From an uncultured cyanobacterium (lineage in GTDB: Bacteria; Cyanobacteriota; Cyanobacteriia; Pseudanabaenales; Pseudanabaenaceae): a stretch of DNA of 64,000 bases. Where the stretch lies: assembly GCA_963703315.1 (NCBI GenBank), contig OY969811.1:416001-480000 (forward strand), read 5' to 3'. The position numbers and the translations under genes were made by a program. Positions 1-11,228 of the stretch are shown piece after piece. The stretch's first letter is position 1; each line of letters begins with the position of its first letter. The notes under the pieces are model-generated. The model was not told where the DNA came from, did no database searches, and saw only the letters and a list, made by a program, of their open reading frames with translations.

Positions 1-1
1 C

Positions 2-676
2 ACTCATAGCCCAATAGAGTTGCAAGCAGCGTGGGAAAGTATGCACAAAGTCCCAGCGATCGCCGAAGCTTGTATTCCCTTTGAATCAGAATTAGCGGTG
101 ATTGCAGCGCGATCAGAATCAGGTGAACTAGTCATTTATCCTGTTGTGGAGACTATACAAGCTAATCAAGTTTGTCGTCGCACGATCGCCCCTGCAAGAA
201 TTGCGCCTCAAATCGCGGCAAAAGTCAATCACATTGCTCAGCAAATTGTGACTACTCTTGAGGCGATCGGGGTATTTGGTATTGAATTCTTTTTGACAGC
301 AACAGGCGAAATCACCGTTAACGAAATTGCTCCGCGCACTCATAATTCAGGACATTACTCGATCGAAGGCTGTCAGACTTCTCAATTTGAGCAGTTATTG
401 CGCGTGGTCAGTGGTCAGCCCTTGGGAAATGTGGCGATGGTTGCCCCTGTGGCGGTAATGGTCAATTTACTAGGTTTTGAAAAAGCATCTGGGGCTGATG
501 CCAATTATGTCGAGAAACGTCAAGTGATCGCGAGTTTTCCCAACACCCATATTCATTGGTACAACAAAACTAGTTCTGCTGTGGGACGCAAACTCGGTCA
601 TGTCACAGTCCTAGCAGAAACCCACGATGTTGCTATTGATCTGAGCGATCGCATTGAGAGCATCTGGTACAGCTAA
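2..676 (+). CDS. purK: N5-carboxyaminoimidazole ribonucleotide synthase, 5' end outside window
   Basis: ATP-grasp motifs NEIAPRTHNSGH and GRKLGH; frame open to the window edge. Confidence 0.93.
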   Translation, partial: THSPIELQAAWESMHKVPAIAEACIPFESELAVIAARSESGELVIYPVVETIQANQVCRRTIAPARIAPQIAAKVNHIAQQIVTTLEAIGVFGIEFFLTATGEITVNEIAPRTHNSGHYSIEGCQTSQFEQLLRVVSGQPLGNVAMVAPVAVMVNLLGFEKASGADANYVEKRQVIASFPNTHIHWYNKTSSAVGRKLGHVTVLAETHDVAIDLSDRIESIWYS

Positions 677-682
677 AACCCG

Positions 683-858
683 AAAGTCTGTGGCGCACGC
701 GCAGCGTGCGCCACAGACTTTTGTGTTTTATATTTAATTGCGCTCAGCTACTTATACCAATTCACGAAAGTGTGACAACACTTTCGTGAATTAAAAACCA
801 AATCCAGTAAGGATTTTCAAAACTAAAAATGGCATAGCCATTTTTAGTTTTGGTATTA
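683..858. repeat. REP-like hairpin, MITE end and second palindromic MITE-like element
   Basis: aaagtctgtggcgcacgc-gca-gcgtgcgccacagacttt; end motif tttaattgcgctcagctactta shared with 13119-13234, 41560-41663 and ~51540-51559; adjacent hairpin-rich element with ends ataccaa...ttggtat. Confidence 0.7.
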
Positions 859-1106
859 GCTAACTATTGGCAATGCAAAAAATGGTACATCAAGCCAAAA
901 TGCTGATATAGAAAGCGTTTCAAATAAGCGCTTTAGCTGATGAAAACCCTTTTCGCTTCGTGGGAACTTATAGATGCGTCTCAATTGTTTCATTGAACAA
1001 GAGTTAGCGGGAAATGGATTTACTGACGTTGCCATTACCCGCTATTTTTTTCGCGCAAAGCGCTATAAAATCCAAAAATAAAGTGAGGGCGCTTTGCGCC
1101 CTCACT

Positions 1107-1973
1107 TTATTTTTGGGCAAGATTACTAGCATGATAAGAACTTCGTACCAATGCCCCCGATCGCACATGGGCAAACCCAATTGACTTGGCGATCGCCCCT
1201 AATTGATCAAACTCTTCAGGAGTCCAATATTTTTGTACAGGCAAATGCTCAAGGGATGGACGCAAATATTGACCAATGGTGAGCGAACTGCAACCAACAG
1301 CATATAAATCTTGCATGGTTTCCGTTAACTCAGCCACCGTTTCGCCATGCCCCACCATCAGCCCAGATTTAGTAATAATGCGATCATCAAGCTCTTTGAC
1401 GATCTCTAACACCGAAAGCGATCGCTCATATTTTGCCCCACGCCTTACTTTTCCCTGCAAGCGTCGTACCGTCTCAATATTGTGGTTATAGCAAACAGGC
1501 TTAGCCGCAACTACTGCCTCAATGCAACGGCGATCGCCCCGAAAGTCGGGAGTTAACACTTCGATCTTGGCATGGGGGCGTGATTTCCGAATGGCTTGCA
1601 TCGCCTCCACAAAGCAACTAGCCCCCTGATCTGCCAAATCATCCCGCGCTACTGAGGTCAACACCACATAATCTAAACCCAATAATTCCACTGCCTCCGC
1701 TACCTTGTTCGCCTCATCAGGATCAAGGGGCATCGGCTGATGTCCTTTATCGACTTGGCAAAATCCACAGGCGCGGGTGCAGGTTGGACCCATTAATAAA
1801 AAAGTTGCCGTCTTTTGGGCATAGCACTCTGCTCGATTAGGACAACGCCCCTCTTCACAAATGGTATGAATTCCCCTCTGTTTAACAATTTTCTGCACCT
1901 CAGAAATTTCACTAGCCTTACCAATCTGGGGACGCAACCAACTGGGTAAACGCAACTCTTCTTTCGCGGGCAT
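1107..1973 (-). CDS. lipA: Lipoyl synthase (radical SAM)
   Basis: [20 protein letters not shown] and C-terminal VRSSYHA. Confidence 0.96.
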   Translation of the reverse strand: MPAKEELRLPSWLRPQIGKASEISEVQKIVKQRGIHTICEEGRCPNRAECYAQKTATFLLMGPTCTRACGFCQVDKGHQPMPLDPDEANKVAEAVELLGLDYVVLTSVARDDLADQGASCFVEAMQAIRKSRPHAKIEVLTPDFRGDRRCIEAVVAAKPVCYNHNIETVRRLQGKVRRGAKYERSLSVLEIVKELDDRIITKSGLMVGHGETVAELTETMQDLYAVGCSSLTIGQYLRPSLEHLPVQKYWTPEEFDQLGAIAKSIGFAHVRSGALVRSSYHASNLAQK

Positions 1974-2278
1974 ATAGTTTAAGACTTAGATATATTTTGT
2001 GTTTTGCCGTTTAGGATCGGTGGTGCTTCGCGCCGTCCATCCTAAATCTTGTCAGAAAAAGTCAGATAAAACCTGATCAAAACCCTTTACAGATGCAACT
2101 CTATTGACTAGCATATTGCACTGACACATTTTACTGCCATTACAGCATGAGGACTATCAGAGCTTTTATCTTGCCACAGGCAAAATAAAAACCTCAACCC
2201 CTTACTGTGATTATTTTTTATTTTGCAAATGAGTATGTACTCATTTGCAAAACGCTATAAGAGAATTTTGGAGGGATC

Positions 2279-3682
2279 TTGTTCGATCTATTAACCAATA
2301 TTCTGATCTGGATTATTGCAGTCCCAGTTTTTCTGATCCTATTTAGAGCCATCCCTAAAGATTGGTTTCGTATTTTTGGTCTGGTCATTTTTACGGCACT
2401 AATTATTATTGTTTTTGCCAACTTCCGATTTGTTGAAGATCCCACCCCAAAAATTGTTATTGACTTTCTCTCCTTTCCATTTACATTAACTGGAATCATT
2501 CTACTTTTACTGTTTTTTAATTTTCAATTAAGGCTAAAAGATGCCAAGATCAAAAGTGGTGATAAGGTTGATAACAAAGGAGTTGCTGATAGAATCAGCA
2601 TTGTTACCAGAGAAATATTAATAGTTTTAATTCTGTTTGCGATCGCCACAAATAACGCCACATCAGATCTATTTAACTGTTACTTAGAACAGCAATCGGT
2701 TAATGCCAGCGAACAATCCTTACGTCGCCCGATCCTCAACCTATCCCAACAGGATTTAGCCCAAAGAGAAGTATTTGATCTAATTGTTGTGCTTGCCGAT
2801 AATCCGCCCTCCGTTCCCCGTCTCCAAGAAGCCTTGAAAAGATGGAATGATTCCCCACGCAACCCGAAACCTTACATCCTCCTAAGTGGTGGCAGAAGAA
2901 CCACGTACCAACCAACCAAAGGCTATCCCTGCCTGATCTCACCAGAAGCTTTACCCAATCGCACCAAAGCGACAATCAGAGATGAAATTATTAGCTTAGG
3001 CTATGACTCTCGCTATGAAGATTACTTTTTAAATAGTCCTACAGTGACAACTGCCGCCCTTCCACAAATTGATTTGACCGAAGCCGATCAAATGTGTGAC
3101 ATATTAATTAACTTAGCCTTTCCTAATACACCAAATATTGCGGCTCTTCGGGCTTCAATAATTATTGAAGCATCGGGTAAAAGCATTCGCAGTAGCGGTG
3201 ACGAAATTAGAAAACTGATTAAAGATATTCAAACCAAGAAAATCCCTTTCATTTCCGATCAACTTAGAGATGATGCTCGCAATGGTCAAAGAACTTTACT
3301 AATTACCTCACCAATTGAAGGCACTCGTGCTTTTTTGTCCTTTAGAAATCAAGAATTCAATACTTCTTTAATAACTACTGACTATCGTTCTTGGCGATCG
3401 CGTCCCATCCCCTTGACCAGATATATCCCTGAAAAACAAAGTCAACTTGAAAGTAAATGTCCTGCCCCAATTGCTAAACAATTTAAGATCCGCCCTGAAT
3501 ATTTTCTGTTTAGCGCCAGCTCTTTTCTGCAATCAGAACGCTCATGGACAGAAATTAAAGAGCTTATATTCTATACCCTCAGATTTTGGTTGCGTCCACC
3601 CTTAACTGATGAAAAAGCTTATTTTCCTCAACAGCAAGGTCTTCCTGAACAAGCAATACCATCTCCTGCGATCGGTTCATAA
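2279..3682 (+). CDS. Membrane protein with divergent YdcF/ElyC (DUF218)-like domain
   Basis: N-terminal hydrophobic helices; LLSGG, TEADQM, IIIEASG and LLITS..RA resemble DUF218 motifs. Confidence 0.55.
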   Translation: MFDLLTNILIWIIAVPVFLILFRAIPKDWFRIFGLVIFTALIIIVFANFRFVEDPTPKIVIDFLSFPFTLTGIILLLLFFNFQLRLKDAKIKSGDKVDNKGVADRISIVTREILIVLILFAIATNNATSDLFNCYLEQQSVNASEQSLRRPILNLSQQDLAQREVFDLIVVLADNPPSVPRLQEALKRWNDSPRNPKPYILLSGGRRTTYQPTKGYPCLISPEALPNRTKATIRDEIISLGYDSRYEDYFLNSPTVTTAALPQIDLTEADQMCDILINLAFPNTPNIAALRASIIIEASGKSIRSSGDEIRKLIKDIQTKKIPFISDQLRDDARNGQRTLLITSPIEGTRAFLSFRNQEFNTSLITTDYRSWRSRPIPLTRYIPEKQSQLESKCPAPIAKQFKIRPEYFLFSASSFLQSERSWTEIKELIFYTLRFWLRPPLTDEKAYFPQQQGLPEQAIPSPAIGS

Positions 3683-3711
3683 AAAAAGCCCCGCTTTGCG
3701 GGGCTTTTTTT
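3681..3711. terminator. Bidirectional intrinsic terminator
   Basis: A7-gccccgc-ttt-gcggggc-T7 between convergent genes. Confidence 0.85.
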
Positions 3712-3719
3712 ATTGGAGA

Positions 3720-4235
3720 TTACTTAGCTACACCTTGAGCTTCTAGAAGTTGTTGCTTCAAGCGCTCAAGATCAGATGCCCAACGGGGATCAGGTTGATG
3801 CGCTTCGGAAGAGCTACTACTAGAACTAGATGAACTTCCAGTAGACTTTTTGTTATTACTACGCTTCTTGCGTTTAGCCGCAGCTTTAACTGGTGCAGCA
3901 ACTGAGCTTGTAGATGAAGATTCGCCTTCTGCCTTAACAGAATCATCCGAACCTTCTTCATCGGAGCCATCCTCACCTTTACCTTTAGTACGAGGCAAGG
4001 CTTTTTCCAGTTTTAACACAGCACCGTTGAAGTCATAACCGTTAAATTTTTCAATGACTGTATCGGCAACTTCATCAGAACCTACAGTCACAAATCCAAA
4101 ACCTCGGCATTTACCAGTTTTGCGATCCGTTATAACTTTTAAAGATACTGAATCACCTGATTCATTGAAAATTTTTTCTAGAGCTTGGCGATCTAATTCT
4201 GCTGGCAGGTTGCCAACATAAAGGCGAATGGACAT
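3720..4235 (-). CDS. RRM RNA-binding protein with long Ser/acidic/basic tail (Rbp family)
   Basis: RNP2 LYVGNL, RNP1 RGFGFV, C-terminal PDPRWA. Confidence 0.9.
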   Translation of the reverse strand: MSIRLYVGNLPAELDRQALEKIFNESGDSVSLKVITDRKTGKCRGFGFVTVGSDEVADTVIEKFNGYDFNGAVLKLEKALPRTKGKGEDGSDEEGSDDSVKAEGESSSTSSVAAPVKAAAKRKKRSNNKKSTGSSSSSSSSSSEAHQPDPRWASDLERLKQQLLEAQGVAK

Positions 4236-4688
4236 GATGATAGAAAACCTCTACGCTATGAAATCTTCAGCAGGTGACTAGAGCAGCCGCTACAAAAAAC
4301 TTGTTTAAAAAGCTTGTTTACTACTTGCTAGCTTAAATTGGAGCTATTGATTAGGTGCTACCTGCGATCAATTTAATGAATGTTTAATTCGACACCCTTG
4401 TGCCATACAACAACATAACATACAAAATGCTCATCTTTCAAACAAAATGTAATGAAAGTATCAAAATCGGATCTATTCCCTTCCCAGTGAATAATTTAGT
4501 GGTGCATGGCTTCGGCGCTCACCACTAAATCTTGGCGTTGTCTCTTTAGAAATTTACCAATGATTTTAGGGTTTATGTTAAGTTCTATCACTTTTATTTG
4601 TGATTATTTGTGGTTATCTAAAATTTACTTGACTAATAAAATTTAAGGAAATTAATATTCACCACAATGAATTTACATTAAATTTTAT

Positions 4689-4847
4689 ATGGAAATTATT
4701 GGGGCTTTACTTATTAGCGGCTGCGTGTATCTTTCTCAACTTCTCAATGCTTCTGACGAGAAGAAAGAAAAAGAAATGGAGAAAAAAATTAAGGAAAAAC
4801 TCAAAAATGATCAATATGTCAATATTCGCATCATCGAGAAACCTTAG
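4689..4847 (+). CDS. Small hypothetical protein (52 aa), absent from ORF track
   Basis: MEIIGALLISGCVYLSQLLNASDEKKEKEMEKKIKEKLKNDQYVNIRIIEKP: hydrophobic N-terminus and charged tail, followed by a hairpin. Confidence 0.5.
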   Translation: MEIIGALLISGCVYLSQLLNASDEKKEKEMEKKIKEKLKNDQYVNIRIIEKP

Positions 4848-5039
4848 AATTTAGAGCAAGGGTTAGCTAGATCCAGAAGAGGAGTGGCGGCGCGAAGCGC
4901 CGCCACTCCTCTTGTCCTAAACAAAACTTTTTTTGCTATAGGCGTTGCAAAGTAAATAATTAGTGGTGTGCAACTTTGTCACACACCACTAATTATTTAC
5001 TGGGAAGGGAGTAGGTATACTAGAAAAATCTAAACTTGC

Positions 5040-5681
5040 TTGAAGTCTGGAGTGAAAATCGTGAAGCAAAAGTTGCAAACAGTGAGTGGAGAACTCAAAC
5101 AGCAAGTGAAAATCTTGGCAGGTTTGGTGGCAACTTTTTGGATTATTGTCATTTTTAATGAAATCATCCTTGAACGTATTTTAGTAATTGCTAATGGTTG
5201 TGGATTGAGTCGTGGACTCAATGGTTTGGGGATCGTTCCTCACAGCTTGATTGGGTTGCGCGGTATTTTATTTGCACCATTTTTGCATGGCAATTTTTAT
5301 CACGTTGCTGCTAATACTGCGCCCTTTATTGTTTTGGGCTGGTTTGTTATGTTACGAAATATTAGTGATTTTTATTTTGTATCGGCAATCTCGGCATTGG
5401 TCGGTGGGTTAGGAACTTGGTTAGTTGGTAGACCATGTTCAGTGCATATTGGGGCAAGTGGCGTGATTTTTGGCTATTTTGGCTATTTATTATTCCGAGG
5501 CTATTTTGAACGGAGTTTTGTGGCGATCGCTATTTCGATCGCGATCGCGATTACCTATGGAGGGCTAATTTGGGGAGTGCTGCCTACACGCTCTTATATT
5601 TCATGGGAAGGTCATTTATTTGGTTTCATCGGTGGGATCATCGCTGCCAAGTTGTTATCTCCCAGCAAAAATCTGACATAA
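5040..5681 (+). CDS. Rhomboid family intramembrane serine protease
   Basis: H..AN, GASG and HLFG motifs; multiple TM helices. Confidence 0.92.
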   Translation: MKSGVKIVKQKLQTVSGELKQQVKILAGLVATFWIIVIFNEIILERILVIANGCGLSRGLNGLGIVPHSLIGLRGILFAPFLHGNFYHVAANTAPFIVLGWFVMLRNISDFYFVSAISALVGGLGTWLVGRPCSVHIGASGVIFGYFGYLLFRGYFERSFVAIAISIAIAITYGGLIWGVLPTRSYISWEGHLFGFIGGIIAAKLLSPSKNLT

Positions 5682-5714
5682 AAAAGGAACCGCATTTAAT
5701 GCGGTTCCTTTTTT
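5680..5714. terminator. Bidirectional intrinsic terminator
   Basis: aaaaaaggaaccgcat-tta-atgcggttcctttttt. Confidence 0.85.
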
Positions 5715-5735
5715 ATGAATGTTATGAATGTTTAG

Positions 5736-6113
5736 CTAGGCAACACTTTTGATTGCTTCTAGCAAGCTACGAGTGCAAGCGCCTTTATCACAAAAAGCAT
5801 CAATATTTGCCCCATTAGAAATAGCTTGAGCTTTGCCCCCATCGGCTGCTGAATAAGCGACAATTTTAATATGAGGATATTCGGTCTTAATGGCGTTAGA
5901 TGCTGTCCATCCATCCATTACGGGCATATGTAAGTCCATGACTACGATATCAGGCTCATCCCTATGTACTTTAGCGATCGCCTCTTTACCATTAGTGGCT
6001 ACTTCTACAGATCCGATACAGGATTGTAGTGAAAGAGCTAGCTGCAATGTACATCGTGTTAGTTCGTGGTCATCTACCACCAAAACACGCAAAGTTTTTG
6101 TAGAAGATGTCAT
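5736..6113 (-). CDS. Single-domain response regulator
   Basis: VVDDH and MDLHMPVMDG. Confidence 0.9.
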   Translation of the reverse strand: MTSSTKTLRVLVVDDHELTRCTLQLALSLQSCIGSVEVATNGKEAIAKVHRDEPDIVVMDLHMPVMDGWTASNAIKTEYPHIKIVAYSAADGGKAQAISNGANIDAFCDKGACTRSLLEAIKSVA

Positions 6114-6533
6114 TTTAGGCTCGGCAAGAAGGGCTTGACAATTACTTTGTTATGTAATTTAAGATACCTCTTTTCTAATGAGAAAGCTTCTATCGCAGGG
6201 ACTAATACCAATCCCAAAAATGGCGTTGCCATTTTTGGGATCTCCAAATCTTGGTGGATTTGTTTTTTAATTCCCTGAAGTGTTGCTGCATTTCATGGAA
6301 TTGTTATAAGAATTGAGGCGCGAAGCGCCTCAATTCTCTTTTGATTGGTGATCCTTTCGATGTATATTCGTAATCAATTTTTAACTAACTCAGGCGAATT
6401 TTTCATATATTTTGCCCTACTCACGCAATTTAGCGGATCGCAGCCTTCAATTGGCGAGTGTAAGCTATTGAAATAAGACAGCCAAGAGTAGTTAAAAACT
6501 ATTCACTAGTTAGACTAGGACGATTAGTCAAGT

Positions 6534-7655
6534 ATGCTTTCGATTGCCGAGCTTGCCCATAAACGAGATCCAGAGGCGATCGCCGCAATAATTCGTCAGG
6601 AATTACAACCTCTCGATATTGAGAGACTTGAGGTTGAGGTGACGATTGTCGATAGCAGCTTAGAACTACAAGTTCGCACAGATTCTGCCATTGACAAGGA
6701 AAAACTCCTGACATTAGTTCGTGGCGAACTGCAAAATTTACAGATAGAATCAGTAGCAAAATTTAGAATTCACAATTGGCGTAATGATCCAGAAATGCAT
6801 GAGCAACGCCTTTTGTGGACGGAGCAGTTTATGCTAGATTCGCCAAAATCATCACCTGTAGCTACTTCATCTCATGGCGAGATTGAGCCAGATAAGTTGC
6901 GATCGCCTGAAAATCGCCCACCAGAGCCACAATTATCTAAGCATTCCGTATTGCAGCAGGCGATCGCCAAAATTGCCCTGTCTAATCCTGAAGCCAAAGC
7001 TAATTTACTAGATGCTGAATTAAACCCGCAGTCCAGAGCAAACGCAAATAATGCAAATAATGGTGCAGCTAATACTGCAATTGTCCTTAATACTAATAGG
7101 AAAAAACAATCTCCAGCAGCTTTTGAGGATAACTACTGGCACTTGTTATTAGTGGGCTTATCGATTGTCTTGCTGGGACTGGGCATTGGGGCAGCAGTCA
7201 AGGCACTGACATTCAAGGGTGTAACCGAAGCAAATTCTTCGGCAGCCACGTCCGTTAGCAATAACTCCGTAAAAGATGCAGCGACAGCTAAAATCTCTTC
7301 CAGCAAGGATATTGATGCATCTTCTGCTTCTAAAAATTCATCTCTAGCCAACCGTTCTTCTACATCGGAAGCGATCGCCCCGACAACAAATATTGTTAAT
7401 CCTGCAAACACATCACCGATCGCTGTACAGGAAGAGGAACAAGTTATAACTTTAGAAAAGTTTAATCGTATTCAAAAAGGAATGACTATTGAACAGGTGG
7501 AAAAAATTTTTGGCGCATCTGGAAAAGTTATTGCCGAAAATAATTCGAGTAATAGTATTGGGCGCGTTTATTCGTGGAAAAATCCACAGGGTAGCAATGC
7601 CATCATTGAGTTTAAGGACGGTCAAGTAGTGGCTAAAGCTCAAGCTGGTTTATAA
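6534..7655 (+). CDS. Hypothetical membrane-anchored protein with C-terminal BLIP/SmpA-like (DUF3862-like) domain
   Basis: Single TM helix, Ser/Ala-rich linker, C-terminal TLEKFNRIQKGMTIEQVEKIFG...YSW...F.DG.V..KAQ.GL. Confidence 0.6.
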   Translation: MLSIAELAHKRDPEAIAAIIRQELQPLDIERLEVEVTIVDSSLELQVRTDSAIDKEKLLTLVRGELQNLQIESVAKFRIHNWRNDPEMHEQRLLWTEQFMLDSPKSSPVATSSHGEIEPDKLRSPENRPPEPQLSKHSVLQQAIAKIALSNPEAKANLLDAELNPQSRANANNANNGAANTAIVLNTNRKKQSPAAFEDNYWHLLLVGLSIVLLGLGIGAAVKALTFKGVTEANSSAATSVSNNSVKDAATAKISSSKDIDASSASKNSSLANRSSTSEAIAPTTNIVNPANTSPIAVQEEEQVITLEKFNRIQKGMTIEQVEKIFGASGKVIAENNSSNSIGRVYSWKNPQGSNAIIEFKDGQVVAKAQAGL

Positions 7656-7837
7656 GACCAGAGAGGTTTACCCGCCGAAGGCGGGTAAACCTCTCTGGTT
7701 GGGATAGGGAAGGTGATTTATGCTTTCTCTAATTTTTTGTGTCTATTGCTATAAAATTACATACTGGGGAGGCTAACTAGCTTTTTGATGTAGCCAACTA
7801 GTAACCCCTAACCAAAGACTAGTGGGAGAACAATTTC

Positions 7838-8476
7838 TTGGGTATCGATTTACGCAGCTACGTTTATTTAGACAACTTACAAAAACAAAACGCTGCTTAC
7901 TTAGGAACGATCGCACAAGGATTTTTACCCTTACCTGGTGATACCTCTCTTTGGATCGAAATTTCCCCTGGGATTGAAATTAATCGCATTACTGATGTCG
8001 CCCTAAAATCAACTTCAGTACGTCCTGGAGTCCAAATTGTTGAGCGCTTGTATGGCTTATTAGAAATTCATTCGGCAAGTCAGGGGGAAACCCAAGCCGC
8101 AGGTCGAGCAATTTTAGAGATGCTGGGCGTAACTGAACAAGATCGCATTAAACCTAGATTGCTGTCCAGTCAGATTATTCGCAATGTTGACGCACATCAA
8201 ACGCAACTGATTAATCGCTTTCGTCGTGGACAAATGCTCTTGTCGGGGCAGACTCTATACATTATGGAAGTGGAACCTGCCGCCTATGCTGCCCTTGCAG
8301 CGAATGAGGCGGAAAAAGCGGCTTCGATTAATATTTTAGAAATTGTGGCAGTGGGTAGCTTCGGGCGCTTATATCTTGGCGGTGAAGAGCGCGATATTAT
8401 GGCAGCCTCGGCGGCGGTACTAAATACCATCGAAAATATTAAGGGTCGTGATATCTGGAACGATCGCCAAGAGTAA
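7838..8476 (+). CDS. ccmP: Carboxysome tandem-BMC shell protein
   Basis: [30 protein letters not shown] and [10 protein letters not shown]. Confidence 0.9.
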   Translation: MGIDLRSYVYLDNLQKQNAAYLGTIAQGFLPLPGDTSLWIEISPGIEINRITDVALKSTSVRPGVQIVERLYGLLEIHSASQGETQAAGRAILEMLGVTEQDRIKPRLLSSQIIRNVDAHQTQLINRFRRGQMLLSGQTLYIMEVEPAAYAALAANEAEKAASINILEIVAVGSFGRLYLGGEERDIMAASAAVLNTIENIKGRDIWNDRQE

Positions 8477-8501
8477 TCAAAATTTGTTTTGCAAATTTTG
8501 A

Positions 8502-8792
8502 TTACAGATCATCTTCCCAACCACAACATCTACAACGCCATTGCTCTGGGGGGATTCGCATTCTTGAAAAGTAAGTGCGACATTCAGGGCATTTACCCGT
8601 AAAGATTGGATGCCAACCATATTCTGTTTCCATTGCAGGGTCATAATGTGTGAGATCTTCAGGTTCCCACAATTCCGCCGAGGCAAAATCTGAGCAAACG
8701 CCCCAATCAGGACCGTAAGGATGTACTGCACAGACTAAAAGTTGGCTGTGAGAGTAAAAGTTACAGCGATCGCATAGGGATATTTTTGCCAT
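8502..8792 (-). CDS. Small Cys-rich (putative zinc-binding) hypothetical protein
   Basis: CDRC, CAVHP, CPEC and CRCC motifs. Confidence 0.7.
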   Translation of the reverse strand: MAKISLCDRCNFYSHSQLLVCAVHPYGPDWGVCSDFASAELWEPEDLTHYDPAMETEYGWHPIFTGKCPECRTYFSRMRIPPEQWRCRCCGWEDDL

Positions 8793-8801
8793 ATTTGTAT
8801 T

Positions 8802-10166
8802 TTAACTAAACCGCGCAATCTCAACCCCATTCTGAAAAATAACTAACTCTAGATTAAGTGAACTAGCAGGGAAAATCGCATCCTTGGCAACTGCTCGAAT
8901 TTCATAGGGAGATTTAAGTTCACTAGCTACTCTAAACAGTTCAGTCAAGGCTTCAGGTGAAAAATTACCAACTTTTCCTGTCAACGGATTTCCGAGAACA
9001 CCTTCAGTACGAGCGCGAATGCTAACTAGCAAGAAGAGTTTTTCAATCTCGGATGCGATCGCTTGGGGTGACAGATTTGGATTGAATTGGAGGGTGGCAA
9101 TTGCATAGCCACGAGCAAAAATCTGACGGTTGAGGTTAACATCAGCCGTAATCGCAATTTTGGTTTCCCGTTTCAAAAAGTTACCTGCGGAGAAAATCCG
9201 AATTACATAACTTCTACCATCTTTGATCCGATTGAGCAATCCTTCAAGCTGGGCATCAGTAACTTTGATGACAGGTTCTTGGGGAGCTTGATCGGGTAAA
9301 AAATCTAAGGCTTCACGAGCATTACGTTCTGCTTGTTGCAGTATTTGCATACTGGCTTGCCGTAGTTCAGATTGGCTCAAGTTGGGACGCACAACCCCAA
9401 TCGATAGAATTTGATCGGCAAAAATTGCTACGTTGCCTTTGCGTAAAGCTGCAAGGCTGACTAGTAATTGCTCACGGGCAGATTCAAGAGATGCTACCTC
9501 TGCACCCAGCGAGACTCTTTGCTTTTCAATTTCCGCTAAACGCTGTTCTGATTCCCCAACTCTTTGTTTGAGAGTTTCGCGATCGCGAGAAATAGTGACC
9601 AACTCACTGGCAATACGTTCTTTTTCATTGCGAAGTTGACTACTTTCAGCTTGGAGACTTTCTTGCTCTGCGGTCAAACTTTGAATGCGATCGCGCAGAT
9701 CCGCTTCCTGCTTTGAGGCTTTTTGTAACTCCTCATCAGCTTGGGCAAACTTGCTTTCAACGGCTTTTAATAGTTTTTGAGTCTCTAGTTGTTTCTGCAC
9801 AGCTTGAACTAAGGACTTATTGATTTCGCCCAAACGTTGTTGGGCTTTTTCCTGCTCAGTTTTAGCGGCATTTAGCTCAGTTTCAATCTTTTGCTTTTGT
9901 GCTTGACTACTAGATAACTCAGAGCGAATACTTTCGAGGCGAAATAGTCCATCCCTTAACTGTCCACTGAGAAGTAATAAAATCCCTAAAGTTGAGGCAG
10001 AGATCATGCCTCCAGTGGCGATCGTCACTAAAGTAGCAGTGTCACGCGGTCTGAGGTTAAATATGCTAAGTCGCGCTCTACCAACCTTAGTACCAATGCG
10101 ATCGCCTAATGTTGCGATCATGCCTCCTAAGATCAAAATCGCTAAAATCAGCGTATATCCAGCCAT
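8802..10166 (-). CDS. DUF3084-type coiled-coil membrane protein
   Basis: GDRIGTKVGRARLSIFNLRPRDTA N-terminus followed by a long coiled coil. Confidence 0.85.
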   Translation of the reverse strand: MAGYTLILAILILGGMIATLGDRIGTKVGRARLSIFNLRPRDTATLVTIATGGMISASTLGILLLLSGQLRDGLFRLESIRSELSSSQAQKQKIETELNAAKTEQEKAQQRLGEINKSLVQAVQKQLETQKLLKAVESKFAQADEELQKASKQEADLRDRIQSLTAEQESLQAESSQLRNEKERIASELVTISRDRETLKQRVGESEQRLAEIEKQRVSLGAEVASLESAREQLLVSLAALRKGNVAIFADQILSIGVVRPNLSQSELRQASMQILQQAERNAREALDFLPDQAPQEPVIKVTDAQLEGLLNRIKDGRSYVIRIFSAGNFLKRETKIAITADVNLNRQIFARGYAIATLQFNPNLSPQAIASEIEKLFLLVSIRARTEGVLGNPLTGKVGNFSPEALTELFRVASELKSPYEIRAVAKDAIFPASSLNLELVIFQNGVEIARFS

Positions 10167-10499
10167 GTAACTCCTGAGTCCTCACGGTGTTGATTTTAGC
10201 AGATTCTCGCCGTAGGGGGTAATTCATGAATTATCTCTTGTAAATCTATCGCCAGTCTGGTTATTCCCTTCCCACTCTAAAATAGGTGTTATAGGCATAG
10301 CCAAGCAAGTTAAGACATAAAACCCAAAAGAGAGTGGCGGCGCTTCGCGCCGCCACTCTCTTTTGGGTTCTGGTAAAGTGAATAATTGGTAGTGCGCGGC
10401 GCAGCCGCGCACTACCAATTATTCAGGGAGTAAAATATGGTTTTTAAGGCATTTTTGCGTAAGTCTTATCTGTCTCAAATGTAATGCAAGTGAATAACT

Positions 10500-11171
10500 A
10501 TGATTCAATTGGAAAATATTCGCAAAGCCTACCGTCTTGGTGAAGTTGATGTCCCTGTACTGAGAGGTATTGATTTAGATATTCAGTCTGGAGAATATGC
10601 TGCGATTATGGGAATGTCGGGATCTGGCAAATCAACGCTGATGAATATCATTGGTTGTCTCGATCGCCCTTCATCGGGTAAGTACTATCTCGAAGATCGA
10701 GAATTGACAACCTATAACGATGATGAACTTGCTTATATTCGCAATCGTCGGATTGGGTTTGTATTTCAGCAGTTTAATTTGCTTTCACGTTCCACTGCGC
10801 TAGAGAATGTGATGCTACCAATGATTTATTCTAATATTCCCAAAGAAAAGCGTCGTCGTCTGGCAACCGAAGCCCTAACCAAAGTGGGACTTAAGGATCG
10901 GATGCTCAATCGTCCTAATCAACTATCAGGTGGACAACAGCAGCGTGTAGCGATCGCCCGTGCTTTAGCTAATCGCCCTGCCCTGATTCTTGCCGATGAA
11001 CCGACAGGTGCATTAGATACGCAAACCTCCCATGAAGTGATGGAGTTGTTAGGAGACTTAAATGAGCAGGGAATTACGATTGTTCTGGTTACCCATGAGC
11101 CAGATGTTGCCGAGAGGACTCGTCGCATTATCCGTATTCAAGATGGCTTAATTTCTACTCCCTCCCACTAA
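10500..11171 (+). CDS. ABC transporter ATP-binding protein (LolD/MacB-like)
   Basis: GMSGSGKST, LSGGQQQRV and ADEPTGALD. Confidence 0.93.
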   Translation: MIQLENIRKAYRLGEVDVPVLRGIDLDIQSGEYAAIMGMSGSGKSTLMNIIGCLDRPSSGKYYLEDRELTTYNDDELAYIRNRRIGFVFQQFNLLSRSTALENVMLPMIYSNIPKEKRRRLATEALTKVGLKDRMLNRPNQLSGGQQQRVAIARALANRPALILADEPTGALDTQTSHEVMELLGDLNEQGITIVLVTHEPDVAERTRRIIRIQDGLISTPSH

Positions 11172-11228
11172 TAAGAATAAGCGATCGCCTAGTTCTTGTG
11201 CTGCCTGCTAAGCGGGCGGCATAAGCTT

